Below are positions 36,727-49,902 of a DNA stretch of 64,000 nt, piece after piece. Made by a program: the position numbers and the translations under genes. The notes under the pieces are model-generated. The model searched no databases. It was not told the DNA's origin and saw nothing but the letters and a program-made list of their open reading frames with translations. The DNA is from Pseudogymnoascus verrucosus (taxonomy: Eukaryota): the NCBI GenBank assembly GCA_001662655.1, contig KV460239.1; one strand, 5' to 3'. Position 1 is the stretch's first letter; every line of letters starts with the position of its first letter.

Positions 36727-38985
36727 ATGCCCAGGACAAGGCCACCCACAACGGGGTATGCTCGTCTCGCCCAAGCCGAGGACTCCACGGACGAGGAGGA
36801 CGAGAACTACCAACAATCCCTACAACCCGCTGAATCTCGTCGATATGCTTCTATCAAACCTCCCCGGCCGAATGCTGGCATGTACGCCGAAGGAAGCAAC
36901 GCCCAGCAACGATCCAGTCGAACCCGACACCGGGGCCTGAGCAACTCATCCGGCGTCGACATTAAGGCGATTAATGCGCGCCTGGAACGATGGGCGGACG
37001 AGATTGCGTCGAAATTCAAGATCGGGAAGGTCAAGGGAAAGAGCGACGAAGAGGAGCGCTTGGAGATACACCATTCGGTTTTCCAGGCACCAGACTGGAT
37101 ACGACCGGCTACCTCAGAGCAACTGGCAGCAGTCGGACAAGGCCAGATGACCGCCGAACAATTCGAGGCCACAGTGGAGAGCGTCAGGGTGGCTATCGAA
37201 CAAGGTGTACACCCAAAGATGATATCACAGGGTAGCTCTGGTAGCTACTTCGCGCGCAATTGCGAAGGGAAAGTGGTTGGAGTTTTCAAGCCAAAAGACG
37301 AAGAGCCATACGCCGCTGGAAACCCCAAATGGAACAAGTGGATACATCGAAACCTGTTTCCATGTTTCTTTGGGCGGGCTTGCCTCATTCCGAACCTGAG
37401 CTACGTTTCCGAGGCGGCAGCTTATACACTCGATTGCAGGCTGGAAACAAATCTAGTCCCATATACCGACATCGTTCACCTCTCCTCCAAATCCTTCCAC
37501 TACGACTTTTGGGCGCGGCGCAACTTCTACAGGAAGAAAAAACCTTTCCCGATGAAGCCGGGGAGTTTCCAGGTTTTCCTACAGGGTTTCTCTGACGCTA
37601 CAATATTTCTGCGGAAACACCCCTGGCCAGACCAGTTAAATGGAGGGTTTAGGGTCAGCGATGCTCCACGGAAAAAGAGGCCGTGGAATGATCCATGCCG
37701 CCCAAGTGGCGCTGCGTCAGATGACGAAGATGACGGAATACCAAACGCTTCTACAGCGGAAGAAGCGGAGCAGAGGAAATTCTTTTGGACAGAGAAATTA
37801 CAGACAGCTTTCCGAGAAGAGCTTGAGAAGTTGGTGATATTGGATTACATTATGCGCAATACGGATAGAGGTTTGGACAACTGGATGATCAAGGTGGATT
37901 GGGAGAACGAGTCCGTTTCTATTGTATCAGACCCACCAAGCATGCCTTCTGGAGAAGACACGCCAACTGCTCAAGCTCGCCCATACCGGCAGCAGGAGCC
38001 TATGTATCCTGGAAGATCCGGAAGAGGAAGTCCTGGCAAGGAACCAGAGCCAAGTATGAGTATCGGTGCAATCGATAACAGTCTGTCGTGGCCCTGGAAA
38101 CACCCAGATGCGTGGCGAAGCTTTCCGTACGGCTGGCTCTTCCTGCCTGTATCACTTATTGGGCAGCCCTTCTCACAAAAAACCCGCGAGCACTTTTTAC
38201 CTTTACTTACGTCGAAGCTATGGTGGACCGAAACTCAACTTGCTCTACGAAAAGTTTTCAGCCAAGATGTTGATTTTCAAGAGCGAATGTTTGCGAGGCA
38301 GATTTCGGTTATGAAAGGTCAGGCATGGAATGTGGTGGAGACGCTCAAGACTAGCGATCATGGACCTTTGGAGCTTACACGCAGGGCACGTGTCTGTGTC
38401 TGGGATGACCTGGTTGATATTCCAGTTGCTGTCCCAATGAGAGCGCCATCGCTTGACATGCGCCGCCGTCAACGCGAGGCAGAATTAAGTGACGAGGCTG
38501 GAGAGGAGATGGATATAAGCGTAGCCAACGCATCTGCGCCTGCAGACCTAATACGCTTTGGCAGCCCGCCTGCGGAACTGCCAAATCCTAACAGGTTCGA
38601 ACTTTCGCCTCGACCTAGCGAGGACAACGCGAAGCTCTTCTCCCCAATGTCGCCTAGATCGGATGTGGCTTCACCAGAGGGAGCCGCATCTCGTCCCAGC
38701 GGTGATCAAGGAGGACCTAGCCGGCCGCTAATGGGCCGCTCGTCAACTCAGTTTAGCAGGCATGTTCCCCAGCATCCACTATCACAGGTGCATCGCAAGG
38801 AGCAGAGAAAATCATCCTTCTCGAGTTGGGGTGATAGTCACGGACAATTAATGAACGACAATGATGATTTGGAAGGAGATCTTGGGTATGCTGCGGCTGA
38901 AGACATGGAACACAATCAGCGGAAGGTGATTGTGGAACGATTGGAAACTGTCAAGAGCAAGAACCCGGTCTTTACGTGGTGTTAG
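36727..38985 (+). CDS. LSB6: Type II phosphatidylinositol 4-kinase
   Basis: ISQGSSGSYF, VFKPKDEEPY, PCFFGRACL, LDYIMRNTDRGLDNWMI, AIDNSLSWPWKHP motifs. Confidence 0.95.
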   Translation: MPRTRPPTTGYARLAQAEDSTDEEDENYQQSLQPAESRRYASIKPPRPNAGMYAEGSNAQQRSSRTRHRGLSNSSGVDIKAINARLERWADEIASKFKIGKVKGKSDEEERLEIHHSVFQAPDWIRPATSEQLAAVGQGQMTAEQFEATVESVRVAIEQGVHPKMISQGSSGSYFARNCEGKVVGVFKPKDEEPYAAGNPKWNKWIHRNLFPCFFGRACLIPNLSYVSEAAAYTLDCRLETNLVPYTDIVHLSSKSFHYDFWARRNFYRKKKPFPMKPGSFQVFLQGFSDATIFLRKHPWPDQLNGGFRVSDAPRKKRPWNDPCRPSGAASDDEDDGIPNASTAEEAEQRKFFWTEKLQTAFREELEKLVILDYIMRNTDRGLDNWMIKVDWENESVSIVSDPPSMPSGEDTPTAQARPYRQQEPMYPGRSGRGSPGKEPEPSMSIGAIDNSLSWPWKHPDAWRSFPYGWLFLPVSLIGQPFSQKTREHFLPLLTSKLWWTETQLALRKVFSQDVDFQERMFARQISVMKGQAWNVVETLKTSDHGPLELTRRARVCVWDDLVDIPVAVPMRAPSLDMRRRQREAELSDEAGEEMDISVANASAPADLIRFGSPPAELPNPNRFELSPRPSEDNAKLFSPMSPRSDVASPEGAASRPSGDQGGPSRPLMGRSSTQFSRHVPQHPLSQVHRKEQRKSSFSSWGDSHGQLMNDNDDLEGDLGYAAAEDMEHNQRKVIVERLETVKSKNPVFTWC

Positions 38986-39734
38986 AGATACGAAGTACTG
39001 TATTAATAAGTGGGAGTAAAATATACCAGCTGGGGCATGTAGGCATTCAGCGGGCGTGGTGGTTCTGAGGATTGGTCACCCTGGCTCGGGATTTGTAATT
39101 TGGGCCAAAAATGGCGTTTGTATTTGTACCACTACTATACCACCGGAATTCCGAGAATAAGATGAGAAACGTCAGACCCTATTGACAGTGTAATGAAAAT
39201 TGAAATGTGCATCATAAATCTACCGTTGATAGGCTGATAATACGAAATATATATTATGGTTAATGTTTCAAGGCTTTGTATGTTAGAAGATCCTAGAATG
39301 TATTTTTATGCGTCACATGACGCCTTCGAAGTGGCGGGTTGGGTTTGGCTGCTTACTTATCATGTACATTGGCGATTTGTATGGGGAATCCGATAACCCC
39401 GAAGGCGCCCGCCGCGTCCAGCGACAGCCAGCCATCAAACCTTCTTCCAGTAAGCAACTTCAGATTGACGCCTCCGAAAGACTTTAGTAATCAACTCCGC
39501 CGCTCCCGCCTTATTTGAAGTCGCACATTGTCCCTATAATTAACGCGGGGCGCTGCCTTACGTTCATGAATCGCCAAGGCTCCCGCGACTATACATATAC
39601 ATATTAACCTGCCTCCACCAAGAGGCTGCAGCTGCCAAACGCAAAATATCAAACGCGCGAAGGGTGGAAAAATACAACGGCATTGCTGCATGTTTCCGTA
39701 GTGTAGCAAAGGGTTTGGGGCTGAGAGATCGAGG

Positions 39735-42700
39735 ATGGCATCCTATGGCCAGGCAAACGGTATGTGGACACTTTGCGCACCCAAGTGATATACCTAGAAG
39801 GCGTCACCATACTGACTGGTCATGATACAGGACATTTGCGATCCGAAGACGCCGCTTACGCCTCCACTGTACCAACAAATATACACCCAAAATGGGACGC
39901 GGCTGCGCTACTAGACCCTAGGGCCTCTCATAAGTCTCACCAACCGGCCGCTCGAAATGAACAAACCACGGCAAACCCGCCGCGGACGCCGAGTATGATG
40001 TTCGAGTTCGATAGCCCGCAAGGCCAGCCTGGATTTGCTCAATATAGTAACTCGCTGTCGAATGGAAATGGATTTGCTGCGAACGGCCACGCGCATAACA
40101 CCGGGCATATGCTCGAGCGCATCCACAACGTCTCGGACCGCGCATTTCTACCACAAAAGCGGCGCAAGTTAGACATGGGCGATAAGAGCTATGAATCCTT
40201 GCAGACTACCTTTTCGGGCGGAGGGCAAGAGGGCGTTGTTGGAGAGTATATAAAGGAAGAGAGAGAGGCTCGAAAGGAGCCCCCAAGAAAAGCGACAGCT
40301 CCCGCGGTAGACCTCACGGAAGATGATGAGGAACTGACGGTCCTCGGGACCTCTGACGATAAGGAAGTCTGCTATGGGCGTATTGAAGGAGCAGACATCA
40401 ATGCTTTCAAAGTGCCCACCGCCAAAGAAGGGACAAGAGCCCTGTCTCGAGATTTTTGGCCTCATGTGAAAGTTAATCTGAGGCGGAAACAAGACAAGAC
40501 TGCCATAGTGCACGTGGTGGATAGCACTCGGTCGGTATTTGGATGCTTGGATGTCAATACGGCAATCGGCTTGGTGCCACTTATTGATTCAAACCTGGGT
40601 ATTCGAACTTCAGCAAAAATTCTTGCCCGGCAAAAGAAACCAGGCGACTTACCCCCTGGCGCAGACTGCTCTTGCAGATTTAACCTTGATCTAACACTTT
40701 ACGGCGCCAAGAAGCATGCCACTCAGATTGGGAGACATCTATCGCAGAAGCAGCTATGGCTACGAACCCCACTATCTGTTGAAGCTGGAATTGAGCTCTG
40801 CAATCCCCACGCATCACTGAAGCAGAACCTCGTTCCTCGCCCTGGGGGCCGCTGTGTTGGCTACGCTCCAGCCTCTGCTGCATCGATGCGGACGGTCGAA
40901 GAGATCCGCAGTGATGTTCTTGGAATGTTCGACTCTTTACAACAATCCGAAAACCTCCCAGAAATGACACAGAACTCTCTTGTTACAACAGAGCTCCTTC
41001 CTCACCAAAAGCAAGGTCTCCGTTTCATGACAAACAAGGAAAAGGAGTATGTCTATGGCAGTGCTGAAGAGACAAACAGCTCGCTTTGGCAGCAGGTGCA
41101 AGGAAGCAGTGGCCAGAGAATATATCGCAATGTTATAACTTGCCAAGAACAACGCGAAGTTCCTAAGCAAGTTCAGGGGGGGATATTAGCTGATATGATG
41201 GGTTTGGGGAAAACACTGAGCATCCTTTCACTGTTGACTTCGTCCCTGGACCAAGCAGAAGCATGGGCACAAAAGACGCCACCAGCGCCCGTAGAAGACG
41301 AGGTTAGACTTCAGAGGAATACGAAGGCTACTTTACTCGTTTCTCCTTTGAGTACGATAGCGAACTGGGAAGAGCAGATCGGGCAGCACATTAAGGAGGG
41401 CGGCCTGAAATACCACATCTACCACGGTGGGACTCGGTGCAGGGAAATTGATCGACTAGCGAACTACGATCTTATCATCACAACCTACGGTTCGGTTGCG
41501 AGCGAATGCAACCGGCGTATCAAAGGGAAGCCAGGTCCTTATCCGCTTGAAGAGCTGAACTGGTTTCGTATTGTTCTAGACGAAGCACATATGATCCGTG
41601 AGCAGGCGACTCTTCAATCGAAAGCCATCTGCCGTCTGCAAGCTCAGTGTCGATGGGCAGTTACTGGAACCCCAGTTCAGAATAGGCTAGATGACCTCGG
41701 AGCCCTCCTCAAGTTTCTCCGCCTGAAGCCTTTTGATGAGAAGCGGGCGTTCGCTCAATACATCTTAGCCCCTTGCAAGAATGCGGATCCAGAGATTCTC
41801 CCGAAACTCCGATTACTGGTCGACAGCATCACTCTTCGTCGTCTCAAAGATCGAATCAATCTGCCTCCTCGACACGATCGCCTTGTCCGACTTGCTTTCA
41901 ACCGAGAGGAGCAGGAACTATACGATATTTTCTCCAAAAATGCTAGTGACAGGGTTAAAGTTCTTACAAGCCAGCAAGAAAAAAGTCTCGGAGGCAAGGC
42001 GTATGTCCATATCCTTCAGTCAATCTTACGTCTGCGTTTGATTTGTGCGCACGGAAGAGAGCTGCTCGGCGATGAAGACCTCAAGATCACTGCAGGAATC
42101 ACCAAGGATTCAGCTATCGAACTTGACGACGACAATGACGCAGACAAGCCAGCTTTAAGCCACAAGCAAGCTTATGAGATGTATAATCTCATGAGAGAGA
42201 CGAATGCTGACGCATGTTCGATGTGCAATGCCAAGATTGGACGAGCTACGTCTTCCGAAACTGAGGTCGAAGGGAAAGACGACATGATTGGGCATATGAC
42301 TCCTTGCTACCATCTTATTTGTAATGGATGTGTGAAAGAATACAAGAAAGCGCTTGAATCAACCTCGACTGATAAACGTCACTCGAACTGCTATATTTGC
42401 AAGCAATACATACGCATGGATTATTTCGCTTTGAAGGCAGGGCAAGTTGAAGAGGATGAGACTGCGCGAGCGGAGATAAAGGAGGGGCCGAAGCACACGA
42501 AGGCTCTCGGAAGATACAACGGGCCACATACGAAGACCATTGCTTTACTGCAAGATCTTCTGGCCTCGAAAGCTGAGAGCGACCTCATGGCTGACCAACC
42601 CCCGATTAAAAGCGTTGTGTTTTCCGGGTGGACATCTCATCTCGATCTCATCCAAATGGCTCTCGAGAACAACGATATCAAGTATACTCGCCTAGACGGG

Positions 42701-43084
42701 AAAATGTCGCGGACAGCTCGTGGCGCTGCGCTCGAAACCTTCCGCTTGGATCCTTCGATCACAGTCATTCTTGTTTCCATCAATGCGGGAGGTTTGGGCC
42801 TGAACTTGACGACAGCCAATAAAGTCTACGTCATGGAGCCTCAATACAACCCAGCTGCGGAAGCCCAAGCTGTCGATCGTGTCCATCGTCTTGGCCAGAA
42901 GCGCGAGGTTGTAACGGTTCGATATATAATGAAGCACAGTTTCGAGGAGAAGATGTTAGAGTTACAGGATAAGAAGAAGAAGTTAGCGAGTCTCAGTATG
43001 GATCGGGATCATATGAAGAACTCGACCAACAAGGCCGAAGCTACAAAGAAGAGATTAGAGGACCTCAGGAGTCTATTCAAATGA
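39735..43084 (+). CDS. SNF2-family helicase/ATPase with RING finger (Rad5/Rad16/HLTF-like)
   Basis: GGILADMMGLGKT, LDEAH, TGTPVQN; RING CSMC...CYHLICNGC...CYIC; GGLGLNLT, QAVDRVHRLGQ. First exon MASYGQANG, intron 39760-39830. Confidence 0.92.
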
Positions 43085-43598
43085 GGGCGGTTAATGACTG
43101 GGAATGGTTTATGTAAAGGCGTTTGGCATTTATAGGAGGGGGAAAACTGGCGGGTAAATTATAGATACTGGAGCAGACGGATACATGATAGCGTGGCGTA
43201 TTAACGGGGTATATTAAGAGGAGGTGGTCTGCATACGATGTCCAACGTTTATAACAAAACCATAATTTTTTGCTCTTGCTTGGGGTGTAGTGGTGCTATT
43301 GCTTTGCTCAAAGTGCAGGTCACGAGTTGGGGATTAGTCCGAAGAAATAAAAATGTTCCCCTTGATTAATTTTTGGTTTTTAGTTTGATAATAGTAAATG
43401 ATTTTGCACTGTTAAAACTATATTTACCAAAAGACTCTTTTAGGGTTGTACTCCGTCTTCGCCAGTTTGTATGACCCCAAGGTTCGGCCCGCAGAGTTTA
43501 GCGCGCTAACCACCGATTCTTCAGCCTGGACCGTCATCGCCACCTTATCACAAGTTAAGCCTCACTTTGCCTGTTTTGTTCTTCATTCTAATGTCGTA

Positions 43599-45023
43599 AT
43601 GACCCTCTTCGCCCTGCCACTCTCATGGCAGAATGGCCGCATATCCACCTCCGCCTCTTCATTTCCCCAAACTGCTGGGCAATCAACAAACAGAAAACGC
43701 AAGCGCAGCTTCCCATTGAACTCGCCACCCCCTCCGTCCACACTATCCACGCTACCAAATTCTGTATTTGATTACCCATCCTCGCCTGCGCCAAGTACCA
43801 ACCTCGATTATGTGACCAGCAACCCTCTGTCGCTAAACGCCGACGAAACCAGGCAGTACAGAGCTGCTGGGCTGGAACTCGATAAAGAGTTGCCCAGCAA
43901 AACTTACACGGGGTTCCCACATAGGAATTTACCATGGGATGCTGGACTTGCTACTGATGATGAGGATCGGGAATCGTCAAAAGCGGAATTAAGTTCCATC
44001 GAAAGAGGTAGCAAACCTTCTCACCTAAAAGTTCGGCACTTAGGCGTCTTGACGGCTATTCTGCAGCGATGCATAGCGGAAGGCGATATTCCGCGGGCAT
44101 CCAAGGCATGGGCATTACTTCTACGAGCTCAAGTGGGAGGTAAAGGTGTTGATCTTCGATCCACAGGGTACTGGAGCTTGGGTGCAGAACTCCTCATACG
44201 GAGAGGCGAGCAGCTTCCAGCAGGCAACGATGGAACTAGTCGTGAAGGCGATCTTCAAGAAACTCCACCTCTAGACCCCCAGGATTCTGGAACTGTGTCG
44301 TGGGGCACAGCTGAGGGGCTTGAAAGGGCGAAAGATTACTACGCCCGGCTTATCCTTCAACACCCCTACAAACGGCAATATTCCACCGCCACTTCAGCAC
44401 TTGATTTCTGGCCTGCAATGCTTAGCTGCGAGATCTATGGCATTCAAAGCAAACAGCAGCAATCGCTACACCAGCTAGTCATGCGTCAAAGAGACGGCAA
44501 CAACGGTTCTACCTCTGACCATGAAGACTCTTTATCTGATGAGGAGTCTGAGAATAGCGCCGACGATAGTCTCGGCGCCACGCAGGAGGAAGTATACTTC
44601 GCAAGGCGTGCAAAGCGTGAATCGCGCACAGCGCAACGCCAGCAAGTGAGGAGTTGGAAGAAGAAGGAAGAGGTGCGCATGCACGCAAAAACTGCGGCGG
44701 AGAAAGTTGCAGCACGCATGGATGAGATAATGACGACCCCACCATTTGTGGATAGCCATGTACTGCACCGGTTGCGAGGGTATTTGGCCTTGTATATTGG
44801 GGATTTGAGTATCCTTTCACCTTGGGAGCAAAAACTTGGTGGTGAATCGGAGGGGGCGTCGGCGTGGGTGAGGAGGTCAGAGGCGGAGAAGGGTGAGCTA
44901 CTTAAGAAAGAGATGGTAGAGGTGGCGAGAGCGCACTTTGATGTGGCTAAGCGGAGAGGCGGGCATATCCCGGACTGGGAGACAGAAGAGACTGCGGTTG
45001 GATATGAGGACGAATCTGCTTAG
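43599..45023 (+). CDS. Probable RNA polymerase I initiation factor Rrn11-like protein
   Basis: HLGVLTAILQRCIAEGDIPRASKAWALLLR...VDLR...WSLGAELL and YYARLILQHPY resemble the Rrn11 family (from memory); NLS RKRKR. Confidence 0.6.
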   Translation: MTLFALPLSWQNGRISTSASSFPQTAGQSTNRKRKRSFPLNSPPPPSTLSTLPNSVFDYPSSPAPSTNLDYVTSNPLSLNADETRQYRAAGLELDKELPSKTYTGFPHRNLPWDAGLATDDEDRESSKAELSSIERGSKPSHLKVRHLGVLTAILQRCIAEGDIPRASKAWALLLRAQVGGKGVDLRSTGYWSLGAELLIRRGEQLPAGNDGTSREGDLQETPPLDPQDSGTVSWGTAEGLERAKDYYARLILQHPYKRQYSTATSALDFWPAMLSCEIYGIQSKQQQSLHQLVMRQRDGNNGSTSDHEDSLSDEESENSADDSLGATQEEVYFARRAKRESRTAQRQQVRSWKKKEEVRMHAKTAAEKVAARMDEIMTTPPFVDSHVLHRLRGYLALYIGDLSILSPWEQKLGGESEGASAWVRRSEAEKGELLKKEMVEVARAHFDVAKRRGGHIPDWETEETAVGYEDESA

Positions 45024-45605
45024 ACGGCTCCTCTGTGGATTGACGTCCCGGACCTGCACTGTCCTGTCGGGAAGTGGATGTTGAGTTTGGACTCCAGTCA
45101 CAAATAAGAACCAGATAATCCAGGTCACTAGTGTAGCTGTGGAATACTCAGTATAGACATAGTGAAAATGAAGTCATGAACTATCTTTGAGCAAATTGAG
45201 GTTTCATAAGCAGTTATCGGGCGATCTCCAACAAATTAACGAAGTCAACCCAACCTCGGTAGATGTGAAAGTGTTAACGCTATAGCCTTGTCCAAAATTT
45301 CCCAGCGGAATTCAATTCACGTCTTACTACGGACTATGTAATTCTAGTAATCTATTTAGAGTTATCTGTGTCTCCATAATATTTTTGAGGGCGATTTAGT
45401 GATTGTCTGTTTTCGCCAAGACTAGTCACCTCTCTCACAAAAGCCGCGTTTGCAACTACGGTGTCAACACCCGTCTCCTCTTTGACAGCTCCCTATTATT
45501 CTACATATTTGCCTACAAGTCGCCTTCGTACAATTCCAGCTCCAATATCCTCATTCCTTTGTTCTCTTGACCCCAACCCATCGCAATCCTGAATTAAACG
45601 TCTTG

Positions 45606-47574
45606 ATGGCTGCCCCGCCGGCAGATCGGGCAAAAAATAAGGCGACCTGGGATCTACCGCAATGGCGAGAGATGATTGAGCTGGTAAGGGCGTATCATTA
45701 ATATCTACATTACAGCCTTTAAATACTAATGGTAGCGATTGTATAGGTCGACTGTCCAGGTGAGCTTAATTATGAAGTGGGCGGTGAGGTTTGGAGCTCA
45801 TTCATAACAGAGGTCTACGACGTCAAGTTTTATCCGTATGGGAAGCCGACGGATGACCCTATCTTCGCTGCGGTCGGAGGAAAGAAGGTCGGTTTCACCC
45901 CCATATCTTTGTGGTCGGCCTTGACTAATTATATTATAGCTAATAGTGTGCCGTCCAACTCATGCGAAGGACAAAAGAGTAGAAACCATCCAAGCCGTGG
46001 TTGACGAGGAGGTATGCTTCAAGGACCTAGTGGTATGGATGAAGTTCAGTTGCTAACTTATCACTAGCTCAATGCAGACAACTGTAGCATAGCTTGGGCG
46101 CAGGCAGAGGATGGCCGCCCGTTGCTGTGCTATGCAGGGTCGACGGCTCTCATCAAAATCATCGATGTTTTGACTGGCGAGCTGCTTCAGGTAAGTGACT
46201 TCAAGAGACTGAGAGGTTTTCTAATATTTACTTTTCATAGGTGCTCCCAGGTCATGGAGGGGTAAGCAGAACTGTAGATCGATGATAGTATGGATTATAC
46301 TAACTGACAAAGGGAATATTTGATTTGGCGGTCCCGAGGACAAACCCTCACATCTTGGCGTCATGTTCAGAAGATTCGACCGTGAGGTTATGGAGCCTTC
46401 GAAAGGCTCACAAGGAGTCACCTTGTATCGCCGTCTTTGCTGGAGAGGGGCATTTAGATGCTGTGCTATCCATCGTAGGTTCGCCGCATATGTATATTTG
46501 ACAAAATCTAACCTCATAGGACTTTCACGCAAATGGGCACTATATCCTCTCTGCGGGCCAGGATCATGTTGTCAACATGGTATGTATTTGCCCTTCGACA
46601 CCTAGCAGCATGGAACTAAACTGGGACAGTGGACGGTGCCAAAGCTTCCGGATGAAAGTACAATAATTGAGAAGGCGGAAGCAATACACTATCCTCATTT
46701 TTCAACCTCGGAAGTACACTCGAATTCGGTTGACTGGTAAATGTTCTTCCATCCAAAGATTTACTCTTGCTAATGCCATATCAGCGTGCGGTTCTATGAT
46801 GATTTGATTCTATCAAGAGGGCATGAAGAAGGCTACATTGTCCTGTGGCAAATTACACGCTTCTCGTCCGCAGCAGAGGTCCCTCCTGCTTCAGCAGCGC
46901 CGACTACATACGACCAAAGTGCCAGAACTCGATCCGCATTCTTCAAAGTTCCCGAAGGCGATAAAACAGCACAACGACAATACCAACGCCTTCTCCAGTT
47001 TGCCATACCACAGTGCAACCAATGGTACATGAGATTCGGGATGTACACCCCATACTCCTCTCTCCGGCATCCAGTCCTCGCAATGTGCAATTCAGCATCC
47101 AAAGTCTTCTTTTGGGATCTCTCCCGTCTGGTCGACTATCAAAAATTTATTACATCTCCAGAGACAGTTCTTAAGCCAAATTGGCTCAGTTTGGCTTCTC
47201 AGACGAAGAAATCCGGAAAATCAGATACGCACCGTTTGCTCAGCCAAACACCTATTGATGAAAGTGTTGCGACAAGCAGCGTTTCCTCCTTCAGCACGGA
47301 AACATTTGCGGCCGCCATTGATATCGAGGCGAACCGTGGCGCTTGGGATGAAAAATATGCGACAGGAAATCCCTGGAAGAGCCTGAAAGCGCACAAGATC
47401 GAGGGCATCCCAAGAGTGACAAGTGTTGGCAGAGCGGTTGCATGGAGTGAGAAAGGGGATTTCTGCGTCGTAGTTGGCTCTTCGGGTATCATTTCTGTGT
47501 TGGAGCGTTGGGCTAGGAACACGCCTGATATCAAGCCTGACAGAAGTACGGTAAATCCAGGCAATGCGAGTTGA
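45606..47574 (+). CDS. eed: Polycomb PRC2 WD40 subunit EED/ESC
   Basis: Hand-spliced across 9 introns: YDVKFYPY, LPGHGG, ILASCSEDSTVRLWSL, FAGEGHLDAVLSIDFH, HYPHFSTSEVHSNSVDCVRFYDDLILSR, QWYMRFG. Confidence 0.9.
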
Positions 47575-48224
47575 GCTTCATCTTCTGTGACAGAGATGAA
47601 GGCGTGTTTTATGAATATTATGAAGCTACACGTAGCCTGGGCATAGCTCGTTTTCAGTGGGAAACCCCCTTTAACAACACTATGAGGAGCATCGACAGGT
47701 ATTAGAACTGAGGAGGATATCGATGGTCGCATCAGCATCAGAGATGATATAATATCCTCCATGATTTTCCATATTCCTCCAGCGACCTCTGATTCCACAT
47801 TGTGACTTTGCTAGCTCATGACATTGTACTTTAAGCTTCGCAGACCAAATTCACCACAAACTCTTCAAGTTTTGTCAAGAATAGTAGATTCCAAAAGGCT
47901 CTTTTCTGGCTCACACTGTACTACATGCATTTTTTGTTACAGGTGATACAATCTCATTCGCCATGAGACTCACATGTTGAGGAAAGTGGTACCTTGCGCT
48001 GGGTTGATCCGCTAGCTCACACTTGACTAGCGCGGAAGCTGTCTGTGACAGGGGTCGTTGCGTTACGTGGAGGTTGGTGTATAATCTGAATCTGGGTTAA
48101 ACCTCCATCAGGAAAGAAAACAAGGGCATCTCGAGCTGTCTGAAGAAAACCTCCCATAGAAAGGGCACAAATCACCGGTATCCAACAGTTATTGCGCATC
48201 ATCAAGCGCAACCAGCCACCAACC

Positions 48225-49289
48225 ATGGCGTCCTCCGCGAACCCCTACCAGAACTATAGCCACCCTCAGGCTAGCGACCACGATGACGACCTCATCGATC
48301 CCGATACTGGTGAGTACTTTGCCTTTGGAGTTTGGGCAATCAAAGACCAAATGGAGTCAGCCTTGATCATGCGATTCGAATGTAGCTAATGTTCCCAGCC
48401 TCATTAGATGACCTCGACGACCCGCTAGACGATGCTCCCAACTATTCCGCACACGCACCCCTCACAGGGAATATCGGCTCCAGCTCCTCTTCTCGCCCCT
48501 TGAATGAGTCGTATCTCACCTCCGCGATGCCCGGCGACGACAGGCGCGCGCCCACAAATACAATCGACGAATCAGTCTGGGATACGCTGTCGCGCGACCT
48601 GTTGGCCGTTTGGTCAAAAATGCGCGAAGTGCTTTATCCCAAGTACCTATTCGGCGGCTCCATGATCGATAATACCACTACTCTTCGCGGGGCTTATGAA
48701 GGATTCCGTGCTGGCGGTATTGCAGGCGCGAGGGAAGAGGTTAGGAATATTGCGGGCCGAGTGATGGATACGGAGAACTTGCTCAGCCAAGGAAACATGA
48801 GCCAGGGGCTACGGGACTGGGATCTATGGGGTCCCTTGGTGTTCTGTCTGGCGCTGAGCTTATTGCTTAGCTTCAATGCGAGGCCAGAGCAAAAGAGTGT
48901 GGTATTCAGCGGGGTGTTCGCCATGATTTGGATTGGAGAGGCAGTGGTGACGGCGCAGATTAAGCTGCTAGGCGGTAATATGTGAGTCTACCATCCGCTA
49001 CCCGCCGATTTCCGACGAGAAATGTGCTAATGAATTTAGATCCTTTGCTCAGTCTGTCTGTATTATCGGATATACGCTTTTCCCCCTCGTCATCGCCGCC
49101 CTTCTCTCAGCACTTCACCTCCCAACTATAGCTCGGATCCCAGTTTACATTGTTTTAATCGCCTGGTCTCTTGCGGCCGGTGTTAGTATCATGGGCGGCA
49201 GTGGCGTTGTTAAGAACCGTGTTGGTATCGCAGTCTACCCGCTTTTTGTCTTCTATGTTGGATTGGGTTGCTTGTGCTTTATTAGTTAA
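48225..49289 (+). CDS. YIP4: Yip1-domain Golgi membrane protein (Yip4/YIPF6-like)
   Basis: TIDESVWDTLSRDL, LRDWDLWGPLVFCL, IKLLGGN, QSVCIIGYTLFP and AVYPLFVFY motifs; two introns. Confidence 0.85.
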
Positions 49290-49902
49290 GCTGTCTACAG
49301 GGGAGAAGTAGTAGGAACATGGGAACGTCATGTATTGTACGAGGAGTTCAAGGAGTTGGGTTGCAGCAAGATATGTATGCTTAGATCACTCTTCGCTTTT
49401 CAAGTTGTGGGAAGAGAACGCTGCAGCAAGTCCTAGCATTCACAAGATGAGAGGCAGCCTGCAAGATTTGTTCATGTATTTTACCAAAGTATCACTGTAT
49501 CAGTTCGGTCCTACATAAATGTTCGAGAAGGTTTCCAACGTGATGTTAAGAAACTACGTCACTCAAAGAAAACGAGTAATCATCTTTCGGTGGCTCTGAT
49601 ATCAGCATGCCATTTTCTCAACTCTGATTGAGGTGGAGTGCAAAATTAGGTTCGCCCTTTGATTTCAAAGTTGAGTCTCTATAGAAACCAACAAACCCCA
49701 CAATCCACGGATAAGCGCCTAAACGTTTTTCCGACATCGGTCCAAGGTCAGGTAGTGTTGACAACAGCAGAATACGGTTGGCGGATTGCACCAACACGTT
49801 CGTTGCCTCACTCCACGAATGTTTCAATATCACATTCTGAACTTGCTAGTACAGGCAGCATAAAACATAATATTACACGAAATTATCGAAAGGAAAGCCA
49901 CG

